The position numbers and the translations under genes are program-made. A DNA stretch of 64,000 bases. It comes from Bacteroidales bacterium. Lineage in GTDB: Bacteria; Bacteroidota; Bacteroidia; Bacteroidales; VadinHA17. The notes under the pieces were generated by a model. The model saw only the letters and a list, made by a program, of their open reading frames with translations, did no database searches and had not been told where the DNA came from. Every line of letters begins with the position of its first letter. Within the stretch, counting starts at the first letter, position 1. The DNA lies in the NCBI GenBank assembly GCA_046329875.1, contig JAXLTT010000018.1, forward strand, positions 933 through 64,932, read 5' to 3'. This document shows positions 40,184 to 49,961 of this stretch, piece by piece.

Positions 40184-41095
40184 ATGAATTTCATAGGAAA
40201 CACACCGCTTGTGAGGCTTACCCGTATTTCCGAACCGGGTTGTGCTGATATTTATATTAAGTATGAAGGGACTAATCCGACAGGAAGTATGAAGGACCGG
40301 ATGGCTTTATCAATGATTGAAGGAGCTGAAAAAAGAGGAGATCTGAAACCTGGAGGGACCGTTGTAGAATACACAGGGGGAAGCACCGGCAGTTCACTTG
40401 CAATGGTCTGTGCCGTAAAAGGTTACAGGTCAGTTTTTGTTTCCTCTGATGCGTTTTCACAGGAAAAGCTGCAGACAATGAGGGCCTTCGGCGCAACACT
40501 CGAGATCTTCCCCAGCCAGGGTGGAAAAATAACCGCAGCACTTATCGATTCGATGATAGAGAGGGCTAATGAAATTGCAGCGCAACCTGGTTGTTACAGA
40601 CCCGACCAGTTTAATAACACCGACAACCGGAATGCCTATCACGCAATGGCTAAAGAAACAATCAGCGTTCTGGGTACAGGGATAGACGAGTTCATAATGG
40701 GAGTTGGCACAGGGGGTTGTTTTTCAGGTAATGCTGAAGTGTTTAAATCAATGGTCCCTGGGATAAAATGCTTCGCCATAGAGCCGGAAAACGTCCGGAC
40801 TCTTTCAGGAGGAAATACTGGTGGCTCGCATCGCCTTGAAGGCATAGGGGCCGGCTTTATTCCGTCAATTTGCCGGCTCGACCTCGCCGATGGCATAATC
40901 CAGGTTTCTGATGAGGATGCAATAGAAACAGCAAGGAGACTTGCAAGGATTGAAGGAATATTCGGAGGCACCACATCAGGTGCAAATGTATGGGCAGCAC
41001 TACAGAGAGCCAGGGTAATCGGAAGCGGGAAGAAAATAGTGACCGTGATTTGCGATTCAGGACTCAAATACCTTAACGGAGAACTTTACAGGTGA
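40184..41095 (+). CDS. PLP-dependent cysteine synthase family protein
   Basis: NPTGSMKDR PLP-lysine motif and GVGTGG loop, 303 aa. Confidence 0.85.
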   Translation: MNFIGNTPLVRLTRISEPGCADIYIKYEGTNPTGSMKDRMALSMIEGAEKRGDLKPGGTVVEYTGGSTGSSLAMVCAVKGYRSVFVSSDAFSQEKLQTMRAFGATLEIFPSQGGKITAALIDSMIERANEIAAQPGCYRPDQFNNTDNRNAYHAMAKETISVLGTGIDEFIMGVGTGGCFSGNAEVFKSMVPGIKCFAIEPENVRTLSGGNTGGSHRLEGIGAGFIPSICRLDLADGIIQVSDEDAIETARRLARIEGIFGGTTSGANVWAALQRARVIGSGKKIVTVICDSGLKYLNGELYR

Positions 41096-41112
41096 GTCTT
41101 TGTTATAACTGA

Positions 41113-41568
41113 ATGGAAAATTCACGACTTGAAGTTAAAGCTGCACTGCAGGTTCAAAAAACTCCACGGGAGGTCTTTGAAGCAATTGTCGATCCCGCTA
41201 AAATGTCAAATTATTTTATCTCGAATGGAAGCGGGAGGCTTGAAGAGGGAAAGGAGATAAAATGGCGTTTCCCCGAATTCGACATGGAATTCCCTGTTAA
41301 TGTCGGGAAGATAAGAAATAACGAATACGTTTCTTATACCTGGGATGTTGATGGGCAGAAGCTGCTTGTTGAAATGACCCTGAAAGAGATGAAAAACGGT
41401 TCGACACTTGTGACTGTCACCGAAAAGGGGATGGACAACACTGAAGCCGGATTAAAGTGGCTGAAGGGTAATACTGAAGGATGGGCAAATTTCCTTGCCT
41501 GCCTGAAAGCCTATCTGGAATATGGGATCAACCTGCGGAAGGGAGCCTTCGATTTCCTCGCCGGGTAA
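41113..41568 (+). CDS. SRPBCC (AHSA1-like) family protein
   Basis: 151 aa; pattern resembles the Activator-of-Hsp90-ATPase homolog/START-like fold. Confidence 0.55.
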   Translation: MENSRLEVKAALQVQKTPREVFEAIVDPAKMSNYFISNGSGRLEEGKEIKWRFPEFDMEFPVNVGKIRNNEYVSYTWDVDGQKLLVEMTLKEMKNGSTLVTVTEKGMDNTEAGLKWLKGNTEGWANFLACLKAYLEYGINLRKGAFDFLAG

Positions 41569-41574
41569 AAACCG

Positions 41575-41853
41575 ATGAGCACCACAATACAATACAGGAT
41601 TACAGTAAAGGGCCGTGTCCAGGGTGTTGGATACCGGTACAGCGCGTTGCGTGAGGCAAAGCTCCTGGGTATAAAAGGTATTGTAAAAAACCTCTCCGAC
41701 GGGAGCGTTTATATTGAAGCTGAAGGGACCAAGGAGATACTTGATTTATTTACAGCCTGGTGCCGCAAAGGCCCGGGTCTCGGACATGTATCCTCGGTAA
41801 ATGTTTCTGAGTATCCGGTTGCGGGATATTCAGATTTTCAAATCGTCAGATAA
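41575..41853 (+). CDS. acyP: acylphosphatase
   Basis: VKGRVQGVGYR signature, 92 aa. Confidence 0.88.
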   Translation: MSTTIQYRITVKGRVQGVGYRYSALREAKLLGIKGIVKNLSDGSVYIEAEGTKEILDLFTAWCRKGPGLGHVSSVNVSEYPVAGYSDFQIVR

Positions 41854-41898
41854 TAAATGGCCTTGCAGTTCCTCTGTGTCCCTCTGTGAAACTTCTTC

Positions 41899-44526
41899 TT
41901 AATCTAATAAAATAGCATTAAACAGCATCTTGTATGTCACCGGTACAGAAGCCCTGAAGATCGGGTCGAGTCCGAAAACAACAAGCTGGCCCTTTCCCTT
42001 TTTAACCCACACTGCCGCAGGGTGGTTCGAAAGTTTTTCCTCTTTCTCAATATACCCGCTCAGGAGTATATCAGTCTCAGGGAAGCTTGCTATAACCCTC
42101 CTGTCGGTATCGAATATCGGCTGGGATGTACTGAAGACCGAGTTCCCGACAAAGAAGCCCGCCGATTTTTCATTCATGCCGGCGTTCAGCAGATTTACTG
42201 GCGACAAATTTATTGCAAGCAATGAACCCGGGCAGAAAAGCCCTTCCTTTCCAAGGGTTTCAGCAACATTTTTAAACGGAAGCTGGAACTCTTCTGTCTC
42301 TGTCTCACTCAGCTTCATTGAAAGCTGCCCTGTGAACAGGTCAACAGAGCCTCCCCAGCATATTATCTTACCGCCATTGTTCAGGAACTTAAGAATACCT
42401 TCAAAACCATCCTTCCCTATTCCTTTTGTAAGCTCGGGAGGATAATCAGTAGGATAGTAATCGGCACCGGCCTTATACTTCCCTTCCATTAGCACCGATT
42501 TAGAGTTGTCGGGGAAGATCAGCAGGTCAAATTTATCCGATGGCTTCAGCTTTGCAAAGTCTCCCGGATGAACAACAGTGAAAGGTATCGAGTAAGTGTC
42601 AAAAATAAACCTGGTCCAGCCTGCATCCATGTCGTGCATGTTGGTTTCAATAAGCCCTATTCTTGGCATTGCAACAGGTTTTGAAGCTACCTTCACTTCA
42701 CCTGCAGCTGCTATCGGATCTACTGTCAGTTTATTAATCAGGTCCGCCATTTTTGGTCCCGGCTGAATAATAAAACTTCCTGCAGGGAGGAGCTTATCGC
42801 CGATGCTTATAGCTTCGGTTGTCCGGCTGACCTTTAGTCCCATTGCAACTGCACTGAAGGCAGCAAGGTAGCTTTCGTTGTTGTTTGCTGTGAAATACAA
42901 AGGGGATGATGAATCTGCCTTCTTTTCCCTTAAGCTGAATGGGAATATCACCGGTTCCAGCACAGTTGCAGGGTCCTGCGAATGGCTGTTTATTTCTAAA
43001 CATTCAAGGCCCTTCTGCATTGGCAGCGACCACGATGCCACATCATAAGGTTTTATTACTTCACCGTTGGGAACATAACGTCTTGCAGGATAAACCTGTT
43101 TTTCCATCACCTCTTTTATGAAAGCCCTGAAAGGCTGGGCAAGTGGCACGACAATATCCCCTTTCCTGTATAACCTGTTCTCAATATTCCTGTCTTCAGC
43201 CAGGCGGAAAACCTTTATCCCGTGTTCATCGAGAAGGTTCACAAGGTTTACTAGTTCACCTTTATCGTGCTGTTCTGCCGGCAGGATATAGTAGTAAGGC
43301 GGCTGGTTCTTACCGGCACTGACCTCCCGCCTGCATGCATCATTCCTGTTTTTGAGTATCTCACTTTTCTTCTGCGATGAGGTCCTTATTAGCGAATAAG
43401 TCGACACTATTTCATACTGAACGATATCGGAAAGCTTCCACCATCCTCCCATCCACGGGTCGGTCATGTTGATGCTTTTCTTATAGTCACCGATACCCTT
43501 TCCTATCACATTAAGCTCGCTGAATTCTGTGTATACCGGTGTTGCTGTTCCGCATGAAGCACATTCTGTAAGAAGTGCGATAACATTCTTCCAGATGCAG
43601 GTCTCCGTTGATCCTGGCCAGTACATGTCGAACAGGTATTCCTGGCTCACACCCTTCAGACCTGCATTAAGCATGTCTTTTGCCATTCCTGAACCAAAGA
43701 TCCAGGTCCAGTTCCAGAGTTCCGGGTCAACATTTTCAGAAACAGGGTCGTGTGAAGGCGGGACATAATACCTTGGTCCGTCGGATCCCATCTGGTGTTT
43801 TTCGCACATAACCTGCGGAAACCATGTTTTGGCAAATAAAGACTCGATTGCCTTTGTGTCCTGCTGGGAGAGTGTAACAAAATCGCGGTTGTTATCGTGA
43901 CCGACATATTTGTGATACACTGCGGGCAGGCTGCCACCTTCATATTTAGTTCCCTTGTACTTCTGGTAGTTGTTTACAACCATGTCCATGCCGTCGGGAT
44001 TATGATTTGGTACGATCATAACAACCACGTCATTCAGCCAGCCGGTCTTCTCAGGGTCTGTCGTTGTAACAAGGTCGTAAGCTGTGAGGGGGGAAGCCTG
44101 TGACGGGCCAACCTCATCGGAATGCATTGACAGGGTAAGAAGCAGGAATACCTTTCCTTTCCTTATCATCTCCTCCCGTTCGGCAGGTTTGATATCGGGA
44201 TTCAGGGCAAGCTGTTCGTTGATTTTCCTGAGGGCATCAAGGTTATTTATGTTCTCCTCGGATGATATAAAAACCGAGTACATCTTCTTACCCATGGGAG
44301 AGGTCCCGATCTCAATCATTTTAACTTTCGGGGAAGTTTCATCGAGCTTCTGGAAATATGAAATCAGTTTTTCATAATCGAAAAGCTGCCTGTCGGAACC
44401 CGGTTTAAACCCGAAAAAGGATTCAGGGTCTGGTATGGCCTGTGCAGCCAGCCTTGTCTGAAATAAGAGGAAAAGCCCGGTCAGCAGTATAACTGTTCCG
44501 AGGAGCTTTGAATTTCTTGTTTCCAT
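41899..44526 (-). CDS. large secreted M14-family zinc carboxypeptidase-like protein
   Basis: Signal peptide, HSDE (HxxE) zinc motif, NHNPDG. Confidence 0.7.
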   Translation of the reverse strand: METRNSKLLGTVILLTGLFLLFQTRLAAQAIPDPESFFGFKPGSDRQLFDYEKLISYFQKLDETSPKVKMIEIGTSPMGKKMYSVFISSEENINNLDALRKINEQLALNPDIKPAEREEMIRKGKVFLLLTLSMHSDEVGPSQASPLTAYDLVTTTDPEKTGWLNDVVVMIVPNHNPDGMDMVVNNYQKYKGTKYEGGSLPAVYHKYVGHDNNRDFVTLSQQDTKAIESLFAKTWFPQVMCEKHQMGSDGPRYYVPPSHDPVSENVDPELWNWTWIFGSGMAKDMLNAGLKGVSQEYLFDMYWPGSTETCIWKNVIALLTECASCGTATPVYTEFSELNVIGKGIGDYKKSINMTDPWMGGWWKLSDIVQYEIVSTYSLIRTSSQKKSEILKNRNDACRREVSAGKNQPPYYYILPAEQHDKGELVNLVNLLDEHGIKVFRLAEDRNIENRLYRKGDIVVPLAQPFRAFIKEVMEKQVYPARRYVPNGEVIKPYDVASWSLPMQKGLECLEINSHSQDPATVLEPVIFPFSLREKKADSSSPLYFTANNNESYLAAFSAVAMGLKVSRTTEAISIGDKLLPAGSFIIQPGPKMADLINKLTVDPIAAAGEVKVASKPVAMPRIGLIETNMHDMDAGWTRFIFDTYSIPFTVVHPGDFAKLKPSDKFDLLIFPDNSKSVLMEGKYKAGADYYPTDYPPELTKGIGKDGFEGILKFLNNGGKIICWGGSVDLFTGQLSMKLSETETEEFQLPFKNVAETLGKEGLFCPGSLLAINLSPVNLLNAGMNEKSAGFFVGNSVFSTSQPIFDTDRRVIASFPETDILLSGYIEKEEKLSNHPAAVWVKKGKGQLVVFGLDPIFRASVPVTYKMLFNAILLD

Positions 44527-44567
44527 ATGGGTTTGTTCAATAGTAAATAACCTGTGGAGTTTCTTAT

Positions 44568-45242
44568 TTAATTTTCAGGGTCATATAATTTCTGCCATTC
44601 CTGTTTTGCCCAGTCGATCACATCTCCCGTTTTCTGGGTATACACACCCTTGCTGTCGATCCAGCCTTCCCAGTACCTGTATACAGGGTCTTTCCCCTGG
44701 ACCTGCTTATCTACTACAGAATGGCCCCGCATTGCTATCCTTCCATCGGCGAGTGCCCTTATATACGATACAGTAGGGTTGTTCATCAGGGTATAGTTTC
44801 CAAGGGTTTTATCCCATAGTATTTTCCCTTTTTTGTCAATGCAGACAACTCTCTCGCTTCCCCCGCGGTATCTTTTCTCGTCATATGAGAGAAGAAATAC
44901 GAAGAAGTTTCCGTTTTTATCCTCGACTATACTCTGTGTTTCAATTTCATTGTACTGTGGTCTTATTGCAAGTGACCACTCTTCCATAAGTGTCTTGTCG
45001 AGTTTCACTGCCTGCCCGAAGCTGCCAAGGCTGTCGCCGCTCCCTCCGAAAAATGCAACTCCACCGTCTGAGGTAAGGATATACGGGGCACCGTACCCGG
45101 TATGCCCGATGAACTTTTCGTGGTAGCTGTATGATCCTACCTTATAGGCACGGAATGCTTTCTCCGCTTCTTTTATGTTTAGCTGTGAAAAGGCGGCAAA
45201 ACATATAAAAATCAATACAAGGGAAATGACTGTCTTTTTCAT
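44568..45242 (-). CDS. hypothetical secreted protein
   Basis: Signal peptide, 224 aa, no recognised family. Confidence 0.55.
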   Translation of the reverse strand: MKKTVISLVLIFICFAAFSQLNIKEAEKAFRAYKVGSYSYHEKFIGHTGYGAPYILTSDGGVAFFGGSGDSLGSFGQAVKLDKTLMEEWSLAIRPQYNEIETQSIVEDKNGNFFVFLLSYDEKRYRGGSERVVCIDKKGKILWDKTLGNYTLMNNPTVSYIRALADGRIAMRGHSVVDKQVQGKDPVYRYWEGWIDSKGVYTQKTGDVIDWAKQEWQKLYDPEN

Positions 45243-45289
45243 GGTATTATCGATATCACTTCAAACTTACTAATTATATTGGAAAGTTC

Positions 45290-45562
45290 TCACAGGCAGG
45301 AAGTCACATGTACGATGATGGGGATGAGAAGGGGGATGGGGAGAATGGGAGAATGGGAGAAAAGGAGAACAGGAGAAAATGGGATGAAGGGAGTATGGGA
45401 ATAGGAGAATGGGAGAAGTTAGAATTTAGTTTAAGAAGCTACACAGAGTTACACTGAGAAGGCACAGAGGTACACAGAGGTGATTAACCCCAAGCCCCAC
45501 ACCTCATACCTCACAACATTTCCCGAATTCTCTGCTTCCCCGTTTCTCTGCTTCTCCTTTTC
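45290..45562. repeat. composite low-complexity block
   Basis: A polypurine tract of GGGAGAA-like units (about 45300-45425). Then four CACAGAG-type units (45440-45483). Then a polypyrimidine tract (45484-45562). Confidence 0.8.
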
Positions 45563-45622
45563 TTAATTCTGGCGGCAGGAAATGAAAATATCGTACTCGA
45601 AACCGGGAATAATGCTGGACAT
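45563..45622 (-). pseudogene. 19-codon remnant of a second TIR-gene 5' end
   Basis: Minus strand reads ATG TCC AGC ATT ATT CCC GGT TTC GAG TAC GAT ATT TTC ATT TCC TGC CGC CAG AAT TAA. This is MSSIIPGFEYDIFISCRQN*, and 52 of 54 nt match 47981-48034. Confidence 0.75.
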
Positions 45623-48034
45623 TTATTGAGGAGTATATCTATTTATTAACTCTAAAAATTCAGGCATTTTTCTGAGTTTGGTCCATTTGGGATCCAGTTC
45701 AAGTGTTTTTACTGAGATAACCCCTGGGATAGAAAGGAGATAATTAATCTTATCCAGAGCTTCTTTATTTCTATTGCTCATTACATATACCTCGGCAAGG
45801 TTTTCCTCGAAATATACCCCTTTCCAGGCCTCTTTACTGACAGGCATTATTTCTAAAGCTTTATTACTTGCCCATAAGGCTTTGTCAGCTAATCCAAGAC
45901 CGCCATATGCAATGCCTAGTGAACTATACAGGCGAGGATCATCTCCAGCTTCAGATAGTTTATTCTCAATATAAACCTTTGCTGAATCGTAATATATAGT
46001 TGCCATTCGACGATCATTCATCAAATCATAAATAAATGCATAATAAAGGTACTTTGGCCTGAAATAATATTGAGTTTGAAAAACTTTCGCTTTATAATTT
46101 GCTAATGTTTTCAGGGCTTTCTCATAGTTGCCTTCGTAAAGGCTGATTCTTAAATCTGTTTCAATCAATAGGGAATCTGAGCCAGTACTTTTATTAAGAT
46201 TTATTGCACCTTCAATTATCTTTCTTGCTTTCATCAGGTCGCCCTTCCATCTGATGTACATCAGGGCTAATTCGTGATAAGGATAGACCCAATCGGGCTG
46301 AACCATTAAGGTTTTGTTATAATATAGTTCAGCTTTTTCATAATCACGAAGAAGATCAAAAGTTTCACCGGTATTGAAAGAAATTCTTGAGGACATGGGA
46401 TCAATTTCCATACCTTTTAAGAAAAACTCCTTTGCTTTTAACCAGTTACCCTGTCGCCTGTAAACTGAAGCTGCGATATAAATGGCATCAAGGTTTCCAG
46501 GCTGGAGTTTAAGTGCAAGATCAATCTGCTTAAGTGCTTCTTCATAATTTAGGTGTCCCACATAATAATATGAGGCATATGCAACGTAAACATCAGGCAG
46601 ATCCGGATCAATCTTAAATGCTTTGTCTATTGTTTCTTTGCTTCTTTTAATAATCTGTTCATCACGGATTTCGTAGAACCAGTATTGATAAAGCAGGCAT
46701 ATCGCAATCCTTGTATATGCCATTGCAAATTCAGGGTCTGCCTCAACTGCTTTTTCATATAATTTAATTGCTGTTTCATAATCTTGTGAAGCATAACTTT
46801 TTGAATAATAGAAGTTGCCGCGGAGGTAAAAGTTGTAAGCCTCGATGTTTTTTGTTGGTTTCTTTTCTATTTCCTTTACCTCTTTTGTCGGGATTATTGT
46901 ATTTAACTCAACCGCAATTTCTTTTGCTATTTCGCTCTGAAGAGCAAATATCTGGTCAATTGTCATTTCCTTGAGAAATTCATTTGACCATTTTTGTCTG
47001 TCATTTTTAACGTCTATAAGTTGAACCCATATTTTTCTTTTATTCCCCACCTTGGCAACACTGCCCTGTATAAGATAGTTTGCATTAAGTTCTTTGCCAA
47101 TAGTGTAAATAGACTTCTTCGAATCTCTGTACTGCTCGCATGATGTTCTGGACCTTACAGCGAAGCTTTTAACCTTTTGAAGGTTGTTCAGAAGTTCTTC
47201 CATAAAGCCGTCGACGAAATGGGTAGTGTCATTACTCAAATCACGAAAAGGTAGAACCGCGATTGTTTTTTCTGGCTGATCTTTTGATTTAAAAAATCGG
47301 GGTATGATAAAAATACTCAAAGCAATTACCAGAAAATAAAGTAGTGAAACCTTAAAGGTTGACTTGATTTTCTTCTTTTTGAATACCTTATCATGTTCAA
47401 CAGGGTTCTCATTAACATTCAGATGACTTGTGGGATTAAGTTTCAATCCTGAGATTATTTCCTTTATCGCGATAGCAACCTTGTTAATCTGGTTTTTATA
47501 CCTGGTTCCATTCATGTTCTTTCTTTCGTCTTCCCCTGGCGTTAATGGCCGGTTTACTCCTGCTTCTTTATAAATGAATTCTACCCCCCTGATAAATCCT
47601 CCAAGTTCTTTTTCTAGCAGCTTTTTATCCTCCGGATCAAGATCATGTATCTGCACAGGGAGAACTCGTGATGCAACGTTTCCCCCTGGTAGTTTTACTT
47701 TCAATCCAAACTGGTCTTCTGATGCAAGCTTTATAAATGCCTTAAATTCATGTTCCCATGCAAATGATTTTGGATCACAATAAGTCCGGGATATGATTGG
47801 AATGAATATCAGGCATTTTAGTTTTTCTTTCAGGGAGGCATCCACGTCATGGGTCTCAAGAAGGCCGTCATGAGGATTGCTGTCGAAATAAACACTTATT
47901 TCTTCTTTGAATGTTGACTCGAGTTCACCTTTGAGGTTATTCACGAATTCAGTAACCCAGCCGTCATGTTTATTGTCTTTCTGGCGGTAGGAAATGAAAA
48001 TATCGTACTCGAAACCGGGGATAATGCTGGACAT
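45623..48034 (-). CDS. TIR domain, TM helix, periplasmic TolB-N-like module and TPR-repeat protein
   Basis: N-terminus FEYDIFISYRQKDN...IFIPIISRTY...WEHEF (TIR_2 pattern). TM helix at LLYFLVIALSIFIIP, then IAVLPFRDLSND, then many TPR-like helices. ATG at 48034 was preferred over the 48106 extension. Confidence 0.8.
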   Translation of the reverse strand: MSSIIPGFEYDIFISYRQKDNKHDGWVTEFVNNLKGELESTFKEEISVYFDSNPHDGLLETHDVDASLKEKLKCLIFIPIISRTYCDPKSFAWEHEFKAFIKLASEDQFGLKVKLPGGNVASRVLPVQIHDLDPEDKKLLEKELGGFIRGVEFIYKEAGVNRPLTPGEDERKNMNGTRYKNQINKVAIAIKEIISGLKLNPTSHLNVNENPVEHDKVFKKKKIKSTFKVSLLYFLVIALSIFIIPRFFKSKDQPEKTIAVLPFRDLSNDTTHFVDGFMEELLNNLQKVKSFAVRSRTSCEQYRDSKKSIYTIGKELNANYLIQGSVAKVGNKRKIWVQLIDVKNDRQKWSNEFLKEMTIDQIFALQSEIAKEIAVELNTIIPTKEVKEIEKKPTKNIEAYNFYLRGNFYYSKSYASQDYETAIKLYEKAVEADPEFAMAYTRIAICLLYQYWFYEIRDEQIIKRSKETIDKAFKIDPDLPDVYVAYASYYYVGHLNYEEALKQIDLALKLQPGNLDAIYIAASVYRRQGNWLKAKEFFLKGMEIDPMSSRISFNTGETFDLLRDYEKAELYYNKTLMVQPDWVYPYHELALMYIRWKGDLMKARKIIEGAINLNKSTGSDSLLIETDLRISLYEGNYEKALKTLANYKAKVFQTQYYFRPKYLYYAFIYDLMNDRRMATIYYDSAKVYIENKLSEAGDDPRLYSSLGIAYGGLGLADKALWASNKALEIMPVSKEAWKGVYFEENLAEVYVMSNRNKEALDKINYLLSIPGVISVKTLELDPKWTKLRKMPEFLELINRYTPQ

Positions 48035-48152
48035 CAGGAGGCTTTGTTTTGATAAAGTTAGGAAAGTATTGGATGCTAGGCAAATAAAAATGAGTAGAGG
48101 AGTCACTCCCCCCGCATGCCAATCTTTAAAGATGCCTTACAGTAAGTTTGGT

Positions 48153-48270
48153 GCGATTGCTTCGTCTCCGCCATCTGGCGGATACTCGCAATGACAATAA
48201 CTAAAGTATCTGGGTTGTACTGGTCATTGCGATCCCGACATCGTCGGGAGAAGCAATCGCTAAAAACTAT
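48153..48270. repeat. inverted pair of REP-like units
   Basis: GCGATTGCTTC-hairpin-TCGCAATGAC (48153-48195) and GTCATTGCGA-hairpin-GAAGCAATCGC (48233-48270). The inner hairpins differ: TCCGCCatctGGCGGA versus TCCCGACatcGTCGGGA. Confidence 0.8.
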
Positions 48271-48324
48271 CCTGGATGTTGTTTTGAAAAAGTCCTGCAG
48301 TCTTACATTTCCCCGCTTCCTTTT

Positions 48325-48675
48325 TCAATTGACCACAACCGTCGCCTTCATCGAAGAATGAAAACTACACACATAAGGATAGGTGCCCTTGGCTGTGAAC
48401 TGGTAGCTGAAAGTTCCGTTAGGTGCAATCGAACCGCTGTTGAACACACTTGTCACACTCGTTGCAGTATGTGCCATGCCGTCAAAATTTGTCCATGTTA
48501 CAGTGGTTCCTACCGGTACTGTGATAGTTAATGGAGAAAAATTCATCCCCTGGATCCATACATCATTCGGCCCCTGTGTATGAGGCGTTGAGCAGCCTGT
48601 GGATGTTATAAAAAGAATAATAGCAGGTAATATTGCAATTGACGCAATTTTGGGTAAAGAGCTTTTCTTTTTCAT
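48325..48675 (-). CDS. cupredoxin (plastocyanin/amicyanin-like blue copper lipoprotein)
   Basis: Lipobox ..STGCS; Cu ligand pattern H...C-x2-H-x2-M (YVCSFHSSM). Confidence 0.75.
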   Translation of the reverse strand: MKKKSSLPKIASIAILPAIILFITSTGCSTPHTQGPNDVWIQGMNFSPLTITVPVGTTVTWTNFDGMAHTATSVTSVFNSGSIAPNGTFSYQFTAKGTYPYVCSFHSSMKATVVVN

Positions 48676-48804
48676 GATGATTTGATTTAGACTGATTGTA
48701 TGTAATAAACACCATGCAAAGATTTTAGTTCGGAAATTCGCTGTTTACTGTCTGTTCATTTTTGTTTAATTTTATTGTCAGTTCTTTTCTGCAAATCACA
48801 TATT

Positions 48805-49548
48805 ATGACTTTAACTGAACACGATTTTGAAAATGTATATTCCGACCACGAGCGGGCCGAATCGTACGCCAAACTTGAATTCCCGAACACCTATTACCTT
48901 GCATACCGCGATCTGCATGAGATAACCGAGCGGCATGTTAACGGGAAAAATGCAATTGATTTTGGCTGCGGCACCGGGCGCTCGACAAGGTTCCTGAAAC
49001 AGCTCGGATTCGAAGTAACAGGGATAGATATTTCTGCGGATATGCTCGAGATAGCAAGGAGCCTCGACAAAACAGGCAGCTACCTGCAGGTCAGGAATGG
49101 TGAATACGAGCGTTTAGGCACGGGTAAATATGACCTTGTTCAGTCGATTTTTACTTTCGATAATATAGCAGGATGGGAAACCCGGACTTCAATCCTGAAA
49201 GGGCTTAAAACCCTTCTGAATACTGGTGGAAAAATGATCCTTCTCGATTCTACCCCCGAGTTGTATGTAAATGAATGGGCATCCTTCTCCACTGCTGATT
49301 TCCCCGAAAACCGGTCAGCGAAAACAGGCGACATAGTGAAGGATATTATGCTTGATGTCGACGACAGGCGTCCGGTTGAAGATATCTACTGGTCGCTTGA
49401 CGACTACCACAGGCTGTTTGATATGGCCGGGCTTAATATTGAGGCTTTCTATAAACCTCTTGGAAAAGAGGATGAACCATTTCAGTGGGTATCGGAAACT
49501 ACAATTGCACCATGGATGATCTTTGTTCTTGGGAAAAAGACCGATTGA
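48805..49548 (+). CDS. class I SAM-dependent methyltransferase
   Basis: Motif I IDFGCGTGR. ATG at 48805 was preferred over 48775. Confidence 0.8.
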   Translation: MTLTEHDFENVYSDHERAESYAKLEFPNTYYLAYRDLHEITERHVNGKNAIDFGCGTGRSTRFLKQLGFEVTGIDISADMLEIARSLDKTGSYLQVRNGEYERLGTGKYDLVQSIFTFDNIAGWETRTSILKGLKTLLNTGGKMILLDSTPELYVNEWASFSTADFPENRSAKTGDIVKDIMLDVDDRRPVEDIYWSLDDYHRLFDMAGLNIEAFYKPLGKEDEPFQWVSETTIAPWMIFVLGKKTD

Positions 49549-49562
49549 TCAAAACTTGATAC

Positions 49563-49949
49563 ATGAAAAGATTAAATGTTTCATCAGGATCAGCCTATGA
49601 AAAGCCGATAGGCTTCTCGAGGGCTGTTCGGATCGGCGATATAATCGCTGTTTCGGGAACCGCACCGCTCGACGCAATGGGAAACACCTGTTGCCCGGGT
49701 GACCTATACAACCAGACAAAACGCTGCATTGAAATAATCAGGAAAGCAATCGAGGACTCGGGAGGGCAGATGAAGGATGTGATCCGGACAAGGATCTTCC
49801 TGAAAGATATAAGCCGCTGGGAAGAGGCAGCAAGGGCTCATGGGGAATTTTTCTCCGAAATAAGGCCGGCCTGCACCTTTGTTGAGATCAAAGCCCTTAT
49901 AAAGGATGACTGGCTTGTCGAGATGGAAGCAGATTGTGTTGTAAGCTGA
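49563..49949 (+). CDS. RidA/YjgF family protein
   Basis: 128 aa, YjgF-like pattern (..VSGT..D..G... R.FL.D). Confidence 0.7.
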   Translation: MKRLNVSSGSAYEKPIGFSRAVRIGDIIAVSGTAPLDAMGNTCCPGDLYNQTKRCIEIIRKAIEDSGGQMKDVIRTRIFLKDISRWEEAARAHGEFFSEIRPACTFVEIKALIKDDWLVEMEADCVVS

Positions 49950-49961
49950 AAAACAGGAGAT

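Noticed and set aside
45623-48034. Thoeris-type defence system (TIR ThsB plus ThsA)
   Set aside because: No SIR2, Macro, SLOG or TM-effector partner gene is adjacent. The neighbours are a secreted hypothetical protein and a cupredoxin. Only a stand-alone TIR-TM-TPR protein can be supported.
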